DNA from: an uncultured Syntrophaceae bacterium
Lineage (GTDB): Bacteria; Desulfobacterota; Syntrophia; Syntrophales; UBA5619
NCBI GenBank assembly: GCA_964433455.1
Contig: CAYSSF010000004.1
Location: forward strand, 1-55,683
Reading direction: 5' to 3'
Length of the DNA stretch: 55,683 nucleotides
Both the position numbers and the translations under genes were made by a program. Below the pieces are notes generated by a model. It saw only the letters and a list, made by a program, of their open reading frames with translations. It was not told where the DNA came from and ran no database searches. Shown here one piece after another: positions 30,163 through 38,997 of this stretch. Position 1 is the first letter of the stretch. The number at the start of each line of letters is the position of its first letter.

Positions 30163-31059
30163 CTATATTTTTTTAATTTTTCCGACTTCAGCGCTGCCGA
30201 AGATGCCGCTGGGCTTGATGAACAGAACGAGGATCAGGATGATGAGGGCGGTCGCCTCCTTGAATGCCGATGAAATGAAGCCTGTCGTAAAGGATTCGAT
30301 CAACCCCAACAGAAAGCCCGCAACGACCGCCCCGGTCCCAAAACCCAGCCCACCCAGGACCGCCGCGCAGAACCCCTTCAATGCGAGCATGGGCCCCCGG
30401 TCATATTCCATCAGCGCAATCGGGGTGATCGATGCCCCTGCCAGGGCGCCCAGTGTGGCGCTCAGCGCAAACGAGAGCAGCACCATTTTGGCGGGGTCGA
30501 TCCCCACCAGAGAGGCGGCCACGCGGTTGACCGCGCACGCGCTCATCGCCTTGCCGGTAATGGTACGGTTGAAGAAGAGGTTCATCAGGATGACCGCCAG
30601 CAGTGAAAGGCCCAGGATCCAGAATACCTGCGGAAGGATCGCCGCGCCTCCGATAATGATGGGTTTCGCGGAAGAAAAATGGGGGAGGCTGTACGGGTCT
30701 TTCCCCCAGATAAACATTGCGATTCCGCGGAAGAAAATGGAAACCGCCACCGTGATGATCAGCAGGGTCATCAGCGGCGCTGTTTTTGACGGGTGACGGA
30801 TGAAGAGCCGCTCATAGATCATGCCGATGCCGGTGGTCAGCGCCAGCGTGATGAAAAACGACACAAACAGCGGCAGACCGAGCGTGGTTGTGAAAAAAAC
30901 CATGATCAGACCGCCGAACATCACAAACTCGCCCTGCGCCAGATTGATGATGCCCGTGGCATTGTAGATGATCGTGAAACCCAGGCCTACCATGGCGTAA
31001 ATGCTGCCCAGGGTGAGCCCTGTTGCCAGATATTGAATGATTTGACCCTGCAGATCCAT
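30163..31059 (-). CDS. HAAT ABC permease (LivH-like)
   Basis: IINLAQGEF, AAVLGGL, KPSGIFG; start at MDLQGQ. Confidence 0.9.
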   Translation of the reverse strand: MDLQGQIIQYLATGLTLGSIYAMVGLGFTIIYNATGIINLAQGEFVMFGGLIMVFFTTTLGLPLFVSFFITLALTTGIGMIYERLFIRHPSKTAPLMTLLIITVAVSIFFRGIAMFIWGKDPYSLPHFSSAKPIIIGGAAILPQVFWILGLSLLAVILMNLFFNRTITGKAMSACAVNRVAASLVGIDPAKMVLLSFALSATLGALAGASITPIALMEYDRGPMLALKGFCAAVLGGLGFGTGAVVAGFLLGLIESFTTGFISSAFKEATALIILILVLFIKPSGIFGSAEVGKIKKI

Positions 31060-31095
31060 CGCTTCGTCCTCTGTATGCGTTTTCGCCATGCAACA

Positions 31096-31136
31096 GTCAG
31101 CGGTTGGCAATCATCAACAGACTGCCAACCGCTGAC
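31096..31136 (-). terminator. Intercistronic hairpin after the SBP gene
   Basis: Perfect 14-bp stem GTCAGCGGTTGGCA/TGCCAACCGCTGAC, no U-tract. Confidence 0.55.
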
Positions 31137-31159
31137 GGAGCGGAGTGTCGCGAACAAGT

Positions 31160-32368
31160 CTATTTGGCGAAAGCCCAGTCGCCGTTTACGACCTGGATCA
31201 TTTCGAATGCGGAAAGGTCCAGCCCGGTATGGTCGGTAGCGGAGAGGTTGAATACGCCGCCCGTACCCGGCCAATTTTTGATATTGGTTTCCAGGAAGTC
31301 CCTGATCTTCGCCTTGTCAGGGCCTACGGCCTTGATCGCGTCGATTGCCAGATAGAGCCCGTCATAGCCATGGCCGCCAAAGGTTGAAACATCGGCCTTT
31401 GTCCGTTTTTCGTATTCCGCAGCATAACGGGAGAGGACCTGATACTGGGGATGGGTCTTGGGGAGTTTGTCCCATACGACGAGACGGCCCAGCGGAGCAA
31501 TGACCCCTTCGGCGGAACCGCCTGCCAGTTCGATATTCTTTTTACTGCCGAAGCCGTGGCTCTGATAAAGCGGCATCCCCATCGCCAGGGCCTTCCAGTT
31601 TTTCGTAACGATCACCTGGGTGGGACCAACCGACCAGTTGATCACCGCCTGGGCGCCGCTGCTCTTGATTTTTGTCAATTGTGCCGTCATGTCGGCATCT
31701 TTCGGTCCATACACCTCGTCGGCTACGAGGTTGATACCGTATTTCGCCGCCATCCGCTTCAGCTCATTGCGCCCGCTGCTCCCGAAGCCGTCGCTGACCG
31801 TGACAAGGCCCACCTTGGCGATGCCATTCTTTTTCATATAGGCATAGATGGCTTCCACCGCGGAGGTATCGGTTTGCGGGGTCTTGAATATCCAGGGACG
31901 CTGAACGCGGGGCATCTCAGCGGTCCCGGTGATTCGCTTGTATTCATCGGCCGGCGTCACAATCTGCAGGGCAGCCGCCATGGAGATCATCGGGATTTTG
32001 GCGGCTTCGCAGATCGGGGCCATGGCCATCGATTCGCCGGAAGTGGAAGAGCCGATGATCGCGACCACCTTGTCGTTCTCAATCAGTTTCTTCGTCGCGA
32101 GAACGGCCTGGCTCGGATCGCTTTTGGAATCTTCAATGATGATTTGTACCGGAACACCCTTGATCCCCCCCTCCTTGTTGATCCACTCCTGGACCATGAG
32201 GGCGGTGTCCTTCTCCGGTTGTCCCAGGAACGACGCGCCGCCGGTGATGGAGGCTACGAAACCGATCTTGATCGGTTCCGCAGCCATGGCCGGACCCGTC
32301 AACCAAAGGCAGAAAAATAGGGTGTATGCGGTGATCAGACTGACCTTGCTTACCATTTTGTGATTCAT
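31160..32368 (-). CDS. HAAT ABC substrate-binding protein (possibly aromatic acids)
   Basis: Signal peptide, IKIGFVASITG, YQSHG, DHTGL. Confidence 0.9.
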   Translation of the reverse strand: MNHKMVSKVSLITAYTLFFCLWLTGPAMAAEPIKIGFVASITGGASFLGQPEKDTALMVQEWINKEGGIKGVPVQIIIEDSKSDPSQAVLATKKLIENDKVVAIIGSSTSGESMAMAPICEAAKIPMISMAAALQIVTPADEYKRITGTAEMPRVQRPWIFKTPQTDTSAVEAIYAYMKKNGIAKVGLVTVSDGFGSSGRNELKRMAAKYGINLVADEVYGPKDADMTAQLTKIKSSGAQAVINWSVGPTQVIVTKNWKALAMGMPLYQSHGFGSKKNIELAGGSAEGVIAPLGRLVVWDKLPKTHPQYQVLSRYAAEYEKRTKADVSTFGGHGYDGLYLAIDAIKAVGPDKAKIRDFLETNIKNWPGTGGVFNLSATDHTGLDLSAFEMIQVVNGDWAFAK

Positions 32369-32412
32369 GCTGTTTCCCCCCTTTTTTAGTGATGAAATAT
32401 CTCGCAGTGAAT

Positions 32413-32437
32413 GGGGACAGATCTAAAATCTGTCCCC
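32413..32437. repeat. REP-like palindrome GGGGACAGAT...ATCTGTCCCC
   Basis: Perfect 10-bp inverted repeat in the 5' leader. Confidence 0.6.
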
Positions 32438-32566
32438 CCCTGCTATTCTGGCGATCATTTCAGGCGATTCCACCTCCTTTCAATCCCTGATCATTACAAC
32501 AGCCTTGCCCTTTCCTCTGAAAGAGGGGCTGTTGATGAATCTCATGATTCTGTCCGATAGGGTTAC

Positions 32567-32595
32567 ACTATATTGATGATTCGTGGCCAAGTCAA
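32567..32595 (-). promoter_or_regulatory. Sigma70-type promoter for the ABC-panE-activator-ligase operon
   Basis: TTGACT-17 nt-TATAGT. Confidence 0.65.
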
Positions 32596-32646
32596 TGACC
32601 GATTGCATCTTAAAATTCCCGACAGACATTGGCCGCGGCGTTTTGG

Positions 32647-33837
32647 CTAACGAACCTTAATGACCAGCGCGGCCCCTGTATCCCCTGCCGCACAGCCGGC
32701 CCACAGCAGATAGCCTCCTCCCAGCTTCACCGTCTCTTCAATCCCCTCGATAATGTTTCGCGCGGCCGTGGGGGCCTGGGGATGCCCATAAACGATGGTG
32801 CTGCCGTAATTGTTCATTGTATTGATATCCAACCCCAACTCCTTGGCCAGATAAATGTCGTTTGCCGCAAAGGGGTTGTGGGTCTTCACCGTTTTCACCT
32901 GGTCGGCGGTGATCCCTGCCTGATCGAGCGCCATCCGCGCGGCGGGGGCGGTTGCCATGGCCATGAAGCCTTTTTTTGCCCGGGCGTAACCATAGGAGAG
33001 GATCTGAATCTCCACCTTGGGATCGGCGCTCAACTCCTTTGCCTTTTCCCTGGTTGTGACGATGACGGCGGCGTTGCCGTCCGCCGGATGGGTCTGCGAA
33101 CCAAAGGTATGGACCCCTTCCGGGATAACGGGTTTCAGGCCGGCCAGCCCGGCGGCTGTCGTTTCCATGATGCCCTCATCCTTTTCCAACCGAAAAGTCT
33201 TGTTTTTGCCGGCTTTTACCTCAACAGGAAAGAGGTAGCTCCGTTGAAAGGCACGGTCGTCGGCAAGGGCATCAAGGTATTGTTCATAACGCCTCAGGCT
33301 TACCCGGTCACAGGCTTCCCGGGTGATACCCGCCTCCCTGCCCACATTTTCCGCGGTCTGGATCATGGGGCCCCTGGCCCAAGGGTCTCTCGAGAAGTTG
33401 TCCATCAGCCAATTTTCCGAGATGACCTGGCCTCCCGGCCCCTGCGGATTGGGCCAGACGGTGTGGGGGCCGTTGGAGCAGCGATCCGTCATCAGCGCAT
33501 AGACATTTTGGTAAAGGCCCGTCTCCACGCCTACACCGGCCTGATAAATGCAGGTCGTCGAAGTGGAGCAGGCCTGGCTGATGAGCATACCCGGGATCGA
33601 GGCGGCGCCGATCAGCGCCGCTGCCCACGGACTTCCGTAAAACCATTGCGGCTGGCCGATGGTCATCCCCAGGATGAGATAGTCAAACATGCCGGCATCC
33701 CATTTCCTTTCCATCAGGAACCGTTTAGAGGTCTCGGCGGCGAGGACAATGGCATGCTCATTGGCCATCGCCCCCTGCCAGCGTGCGAAAGGGGTGCTGT
33801 AATAACCGCGATACGGGATGAACGCCTTGGTCAACAT
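32647..33837 (-). CDS. Thiolase (benzoyl-CoA lower-pathway type)
   Basis: QACSTS, HNPF in place of NEAF, YGHP, GCAAG. Confidence 0.85.
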   Translation of the reverse strand: MLTKAFIPYRGYYSTPFARWQGAMANEHAIVLAAETSKRFLMERKWDAGMFDYLILGMTIGQPQWFYGSPWAAALIGAASIPGMLISQACSTSTTCIYQAGVGVETGLYQNVYALMTDRCSNGPHTVWPNPQGPGGQVISENWLMDNFSRDPWARGPMIQTAENVGREAGITREACDRVSLRRYEQYLDALADDRAFQRSYLFPVEVKAGKNKTFRLEKDEGIMETTAAGLAGLKPVIPEGVHTFGSQTHPADGNAAVIVTTREKAKELSADPKVEIQILSYGYARAKKGFMAMATAPAARMALDQAGITADQVKTVKTHNPFAANDIYLAKELGLDINTMNNYGSTIVYGHPQAPTAARNIIEGIEETVKLGGGYLLWAGCAAGDTGAALVIKVR

Positions 33838-33906
33838 AGATACTCCTCCTTAAGAAAAATAGGGTCGGTTCGGTTCGAACATTTTACGCGGAAGCCTTGG
33901 GCTGAG

Positions 33907-35151
33907 TCAGGCCGCTTCCTCAAGCTGCTCAATGAAAGCCTCGATATTGGTCCTGGCCTGCTCTTCGGAGTAACATCGCAAATCGTTCAGATCGCCGTTG
34001 ATGGTCAATGCGGGAACGCCCAGCCGTTTCATCAGCCGTTCCGGCATGCCGTAACGGTTATTCGAATTGTTGGGGCAGGTTTTGGCATCATGAAAGAGGA
34101 TGCCGTCGAATTGATAGAGATCGAAACAGCGGCTGATGTACTGTTCCTTGTACGTTTCATCCCGGACGATAAACAGTTCCGTATAGGCCCTGGCCATGCT
34201 GGTGAAAGGGTCCGCCGGATCGAGCTGGTCGAAAATCCAACTGTTGCAATAGGTGGATGCCACGACCGATGCGTGCAACGCGCTGAACTGCTCCGAGAGC
34301 GGCCTCAGTTTTCCCCAGATGGGCATGCCTTCCCAGTACAGGCGGTGCTTTTCGTCCGGCACCGTAGAAATACCGGCTGCGGCCCGCTCCCGGAGTTCCG
34401 CCAGAAGCGTTTCATAATACAAGACGCTTTCCCGTGTCCCCCGCGCGACCACGGCGGGGCCCATGTGGATCGTCGCATCGAAGAATGTCCACGGCGCGGG
34501 GAAGGAGGCGTTCATTTCCAGGCAGGCCTTCCACAGCAGGGAGGTGTCCCGCGACAGGGAAACCGCTTCCTCGAGGCGATCCCGGCGCAGTGTCTCGCCC
34601 GTGACCCGCTCCAGTGCGGGAACCATCTCCTCCATCTGCCGGGCGATGTCACTAACCTGATACTCCCGGATTTCGCCAAGCTCGCGATGGGTATGGATGC
34701 CCAATAAAGGCGCCTGGAATTCACGGGCATACCAGGCAAACCAGTCTTTCACATCCCGGCATTGGTTCGTGTTGAATACGAGCACATCCGGCCTCGGCAC
34801 GGAAGCAATCTGGTAGGCCGCCGTGAGGGGCGTCTTTTTTCGCAGGAAGGAACCGATGTCCGAAGTCAGATAGGAGCAGATATCGGGTGAATAACCGATC
34901 GCGTTGGCGTGGGGGATCGAATCGGCGGCCATCCGGGTAGCCCCCAGCATGGCTGCGTGATTCTCAGGGAAATAGACCAGAAAACCCATGCCCCGAAGCA
35001 GCTCGGCAGGCCCCACACTGGTACACCAGGCAATCTTTCGGGAGCCGGTCATCGAAGCATCGTCCAACTCATGAAAATGGCCCGCCATGAGTTGCTTCAG
35101 TTTCACCGTTGAGCGAAAACCGGTCTGCGGTCTCTCTTTTTCCCCGGGCAT
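33907..35151 (-). CDS. 2-hydroxyacyl-CoA dehydratase / class I benzoyl-CoA reductase BcrB-like subunit
   Basis: FPENH, GYSPDICSY, NQC, HDAKTC, DLND..TNIEAFIE (HGD-D family). Confidence 0.85.
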   Translation of the reverse strand: MPGEKERPQTGFRSTVKLKQLMAGHFHELDDASMTGSRKIAWCTSVGPAELLRGMGFLVYFPENHAAMLGATRMAADSIPHANAIGYSPDICSYLTSDIGSFLRKKTPLTAAYQIASVPRPDVLVFNTNQCRDVKDWFAWYAREFQAPLLGIHTHRELGEIREYQVSDIARQMEEMVPALERVTGETLRRDRLEEAVSLSRDTSLLWKACLEMNASFPAPWTFFDATIHMGPAVVARGTRESVLYYETLLAELRERAAAGISTVPDEKHRLYWEGMPIWGKLRPLSEQFSALHASVVASTYCNSWIFDQLDPADPFTSMARAYTELFIVRDETYKEQYISRCFDLYQFDGILFHDAKTCPNNSNNRYGMPERLMKRLGVPALTINGDLNDLRCYSEEQARTNIEAFIEQLEEAA

Positions 35152-35162
35152 ATCTTCCCCCT

Positions 35163-35300
35163 CCCCCTCCCCTTAATCCCCTCCCGCCGGGGGAGGGGAA
35201 AATTCACTGGTTACGAGAGCGTCCGCCGTGGTCTGGTTATGGAGCGCCTCCCTCCCCTTGCTCCCTTCCCCCTTGACGGGGGAGGGTTAGGGTAGGGGTG
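35163..35300. repeat. Pair of CCCCTCCC-N-GGGGAGGGG REP units plus a partial MITE end
   Basis: 35163-35200 matches the reverse complement of 37763-37800 at 37/38; second unit at about 35263-35300. Confidence 0.75.
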
Positions 35301-35308
35301 AAAAGCGG

Positions 35309-35902
35309 CTATCCCCGGTCTGCGTCCCTGCCCGCGAGAAATGCCTTCTGGTTCATTTCCACAAATCGCGCCGGAACCAGGCGCTCGATCACCTGCAGCC
35401 AAATTTCCTGGCCGCCGCCCACCAAGCTCGATAGGGCCCCAAGCAAAACCACCCCCGCCATGGCCGGATTGCCCGCTTCCTCGGCCATGACCGAGGCATT
35501 CACCCATTGCACCTTGGCGCCGCCCGATTGCAGCAGATTCTCGATCTCCTTTTCCGAAGGGTACCGGGTCTTTCCCAGATTGACAAGCGGCGGCGGGATG
35601 CGAAAGCGGTTGATCAAAGTCACCGAGTTTTTACTCAGATAGGTGAGCCAGCGGGCAGCCTCGACCATTTCAAAGCCGATCAGATAATCCGCCATGCCAT
35701 GTTCCACCAGCGGTGAATAGACCTTTTCCCCCCAGCGTACATGGCTCTCAACACTGCCGCCGCGCTGCGCCATGCCGTGAACCTCGGCGGTCTTTACATC
35801 ATAACCCAGTTCCACGCCGGCGCCTGCCAGGATTCTACTCGCCAGAATGGTTCCCTGGCCGCCAACCCCGGCCAGCAAATAGTCTATTTTTTTCACGTTC
35901 AT
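35309..35902 (-). CDS. iorB: Indolepyruvate:ferredoxin oxidoreductase beta subunit
   Basis: AGVGGQG, EVHGMAQRGGSV, YSPL, NQKAF. Confidence 0.9.
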   Translation of the reverse strand: MNVKKIDYLLAGVGGQGTILASRILAGAGVELGYDVKTAEVHGMAQRGGSVESHVRWGEKVYSPLVEHGMADYLIGFEMVEAARWLTYLSKNSVTLINRFRIPPPLVNLGKTRYPSEKEIENLLQSGGAKVQWVNASVMAEEAGNPAMAGVVLLGALSSLVGGGQEIWLQVIERLVPARFVEMNQKAFLAGRDADRG

Positions 35903-35919
35903 TCTCCTGAAGGGGCGAA

Positions 35920-37674
35920 TTATTTTGCTTCCTGCCGGATTGCAGCGGCGGGACAGACCTGCACGCAGAGGCCGCAACCGGTGCACATCGCCTCGTTGAT
36001 GCTCACGCAATCATCCTGCTGAACGAGGGGCGAGCAGCCGATATCCAGGCACGTCCCGCAATTCGTGCAAAGATCCGGATCGATCCGGGGAGGCGTTCTT
36101 TTTTCCCTGGACTGCAAAGCGCAGGGCCGCCGCGCAATGATCACCGATGCCCCGTCGCTTTTCAGGTGGTCTTCCAGTATTTTCCGGAAATCATCCATCA
36201 GATTGGGATCGCATACGTCAACCTTGGTAAAGCCCAGACCTCGTACCATTCTTTCCAGATCGACCTTCACGGTCGGCTGTTTTTGCAGCGTCTGCCCGGT
36301 CCCCGGATGATGCTGATGCCCCGTCATTCCGGTGGTTGCGTTGTCCGCGATGATCGTGGTTGTTTTCCCCTGGTTGTAGAGGGTGTTGATCAACGGATGC
36401 AGGCCGGAGTGGAAGAGCGTGGAATCGCCGATGACCGCGACATGACGATCAGGAACCCCCCCCATGTCCATCCCGTGGGCTACGCCGATGCTCGCGCCCA
36501 TGCAGCCGCAGAAATGGAGCGCCTCGAGCGGCGAGGCCGCCCCCAGCGTGTAACATCCGATGTCGCCCATGACCGTCACGTCGGCCTCCTTGAGGACGGC
36601 AAACATGCCGCGGTGGCCGCAGCCGGGGCAAAGGGTGGGAGGACGGACAGGGATGTCCAGCGTCGGCGCAGGCGATGATCCGGAAATGGCCGCCGGAAGA
36701 ATGCCGGCCTTGACGGCGGCCTGGCGGATCAGTGTGGGGCTGAATTCGCCGACGAGCGGAAAAACGTCCTTGCCGGTAACGGGAATGCCCAGCAAACGGA
36801 TATGCTCTTCAAAGAACGGATCAAGCTCTTCAATGACCAGGACTTTTTTAACCCGGGAAGCAAACTCGCGGATCAGTTTCTCCGGCAGAGGATATACCAT
36901 GCCCAACCGGAGAAACGTCGCCTCGGGGAACACCTCCCGGGCATGCTGGTAGACGGCGCCGGCGGCGACGATCCCCAGATCGTCATTTCCTGGTTCGATC
37001 CGGTTCAGCGGGGTGGAGTCGGCGTATTCCCGCAACTTCCTGATCCGCTCCTCCACGACCGGATGTCGGCGTCTGGCATTTCCGGGCACCATCACAAATT
37101 TCCCGATATCCCGCTTGTAGGGTCCGTGTTCCCTGGCGGGAGGCGGTGCCGCGGCAGGATCGACCTCCACCACCGAAGAGGAGTGGGAGATGCGGGTCAC
37201 GAAGCGGACGATGACCGGCGTGTCAAAGGTTTCACTCATTTCCAGGGCCGCGGCGGCAAATTGCATGGCCTCTTCACTGTCGGAGGGCTCCAGCATGGGC
37301 GCCTTGGCGAATTTTGCATAGTTTCGGCTGTCCTGCTCATTCTGGGAACTGTGCATGCCCGGATCGTCGGCGCAGGCGATCAGGAGCCCCGCGTTCAAGC
37401 CGGTATAGACGGCATAGAAGAGTGAATCGGCCGCCACATTCAGCCCCACATGTTTGGTGGAAACCAGGGCTCTCGTTCCCGCGAAGGCCGCCCCGATGCC
37501 GACATCCATCGCCACCTTTTCGTTCGGGGTCCATTCGGCGTGAACCCCGGGAAAAGTCGCAAACTTTTCCATGATCTGCGTGCTGGGCGTTCCCGGGTAG
37601 GCCGCCCCGACCCGCACCCCGCTGAGATAAGCGCCGTAGGCGAGCGCTTCATTTCCCGTCATCAGTTCTTTCAA
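35920..37674 (-). CDS. iorA: Indolepyruvate:ferredoxin oxidoreductase alpha subunit
   Basis: GNEA, YPGTPST, KHVGLNVA, HSSQNEQD, CPGCGH, GDIGCY, GDST, C-terminal 2x4Fe-4S; TTG start. Confidence 0.93.
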   Translation of the reverse strand: MKELMTGNEALAYGAYLSGVRVGAAYPGTPSTQIMEKFATFPGVHAEWTPNEKVAMDVGIGAAFAGTRALVSTKHVGLNVAADSLFYAVYTGLNAGLLIACADDPGMHSSQNEQDSRNYAKFAKAPMLEPSDSEEAMQFAAAALEMSETFDTPVIVRFVTRISHSSSVVEVDPAAAPPPAREHGPYKRDIGKFVMVPGNARRRHPVVEERIRKLREYADSTPLNRIEPGNDDLGIVAAGAVYQHAREVFPEATFLRLGMVYPLPEKLIREFASRVKKVLVIEELDPFFEEHIRLLGIPVTGKDVFPLVGEFSPTLIRQAAVKAGILPAAISGSSPAPTLDIPVRPPTLCPGCGHRGMFAVLKEADVTVMGDIGCYTLGAASPLEALHFCGCMGASIGVAHGMDMGGVPDRHVAVIGDSTLFHSGLHPLINTLYNQGKTTTIIADNATTGMTGHQHHPGTGQTLQKQPTVKVDLERMVRGLGFTKVDVCDPNLMDDFRKILEDHLKSDGASVIIARRPCALQSREKRTPPRIDPDLCTNCGTCLDIGCSPLVQQDDCVSINEAMCTGCGLCVQVCPAAAIRQEAK

Positions 37675-37704
37675 CGTTTCCTCCCTTTAAAATCGGTTTC
37701 CAGT

Positions 37705-37892
37705 GTTGACAGGCTCGTTAAAAGTGACGTTTCCCGTTCCCTGGCGGAACACACTGCGTTTCTTCCCCTCCCCCGGCGGGAGGGGATTGAGGGGAGGGGG
37801 AAACACCTTGTGGGAAGACGATCTCTTACCACCCAACCCTGACCCTCCCCCGTCGAGGGAGAGGGTATTTTGACTTTTTACGAGGCTTCAAC
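37705..37892. mobile_element. MITE-like element (about 190 bp) containing two REP hairpins
   Basis: Imperfect TIRs GTTGACAGGCTCGTTAAAAGT / ACTTTTTACGAGGCTTCAAC; internal REP units at 37763-37800 and 37829-37866. Confidence 0.65.
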
Positions 37893-37907
37893 CACACAAT
37901 CGGCAAT

Positions 37908-38978
37908 CTAAGGAACAAGAATCGGCCGCATGGATGTTTTTCTTTGGTGGACCATCTCGAACACTTCATTGATCTCGCCGAGCGGGTAGGTCTTTACAAA
38001 AGGGGCGATTCGGACGCTTCCCGCAAGGGCGAGTTTCAGCACGGCCGGGTAATGTTCAGGCAGGCAGCCCCAGTTGCCCCGCGCCATGGCGTGAAAGGCC
38101 ATCAGGTTGGAGAGCCGGATCTCTACCGTGTCCATCGTAAAACCGACCACCTGGAGCGAAGCCCCATAGGTGAGAAGCCCGAAGGCCGTTTTCTGGCCCG
38201 CCGCCGTTCCTGAGGTTTCAAATATCTTCCATTCCGTCGGGCGTTTTTTCCGGCTCTTGATGAAATCGGATACGGCCTTTTTCAACTCCTTTGCCGGCAG
38301 CTCCAGGGCGTTGAATGTGATATCCACATAAGGGGCGATCGCCTTCAGCTTGTCCGGGTCGATGTCCACCGCTACGACCAAAGCCCCGAGAGCGCGGGCG
38401 ATCTGCGCGCCGAAGCCGCCGACCCCGCCGATGCCGATGAAAATGGCGGTATCTTCCCCGGAGAGGCCCGATTCGATGATGGACTGGTAGGGGGTCGTTA
38501 TCGCATCGGCCAGGACGGAGAGTTCGGCCAGCGAAACGCCCGATGTGGAAATGGGCCGGAATTGGTCATCCACGGGAACCGCGCAGAGGTTTCCGGCGGG
38601 GACGACAATGTGGCTGGCAAATCCCCCCGGTATGTCGTTGCCGGGCATTTTCTGCACCGCACAGATATTGCCTTTGCCGCGCCTGCACACATCGCACACG
38701 CCGCACGGCAGAACCGCCGGCACGATGACCGCCTTCTTTTCCCAGAACTCGGCGCCGGCGCCGGCAGCCTCGACGATGCCGCTGATTTCGTGGCCCAGCG
38801 TCAGGGGGAGGGGGGTTTTGGTGCGGACGCCGTTATAATAAAAACCGAGATCGGTATGGCAAACGCCGCAGCCCGCTACCTTGAGCAGAACTTCGCCCGG
38901 TCCGGGAACGGGAGGGGGGGAAACCACTTTCTCGATCGGAAGGCCCGCCGCCGACATTTTCCATGAGATCATTTCCAT
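37908..38978 (-). CDS. had: 6-hydroxycyclohex-1-ene-1-carbonyl-CoA dehydrogenase (Had/BamQ)
   Basis: Zn-ADH GCGVCHTD, GHE, QKMPGND, RLSNLMAFHA..GNWGC; operon with oah/dch. Confidence 0.9.
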   Translation of the reverse strand: MEMISWKMSAAGLPIEKVVSPPPVPGPGEVLLKVAGCGVCHTDLGFYYNGVRTKTPLPLTLGHEISGIVEAAGAGAEFWEKKAVIVPAVLPCGVCDVCRRGKGNICAVQKMPGNDIPGGFASHIVVPAGNLCAVPVDDQFRPISTSGVSLAELSVLADAITTPYQSIIESGLSGEDTAIFIGIGGVGGFGAQIARALGALVVAVDIDPDKLKAIAPYVDITFNALELPAKELKKAVSDFIKSRKKRPTEWKIFETSGTAAGQKTAFGLLTYGASLQVVGFTMDTVEIRLSNLMAFHAMARGNWGCLPEHYPAVLKLALAGSVRIAPFVKTYPLGEINEVFEMVHQRKTSMRPILVP

Positions 38979-38997
38979 CGGTTCGTCTCCTTTATAC

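Noticed and set aside
32629-34707. 692-aa plus-strand ORF
   Set aside because: Antisense to the thiolase and dehydratase genes; no recognisable domain
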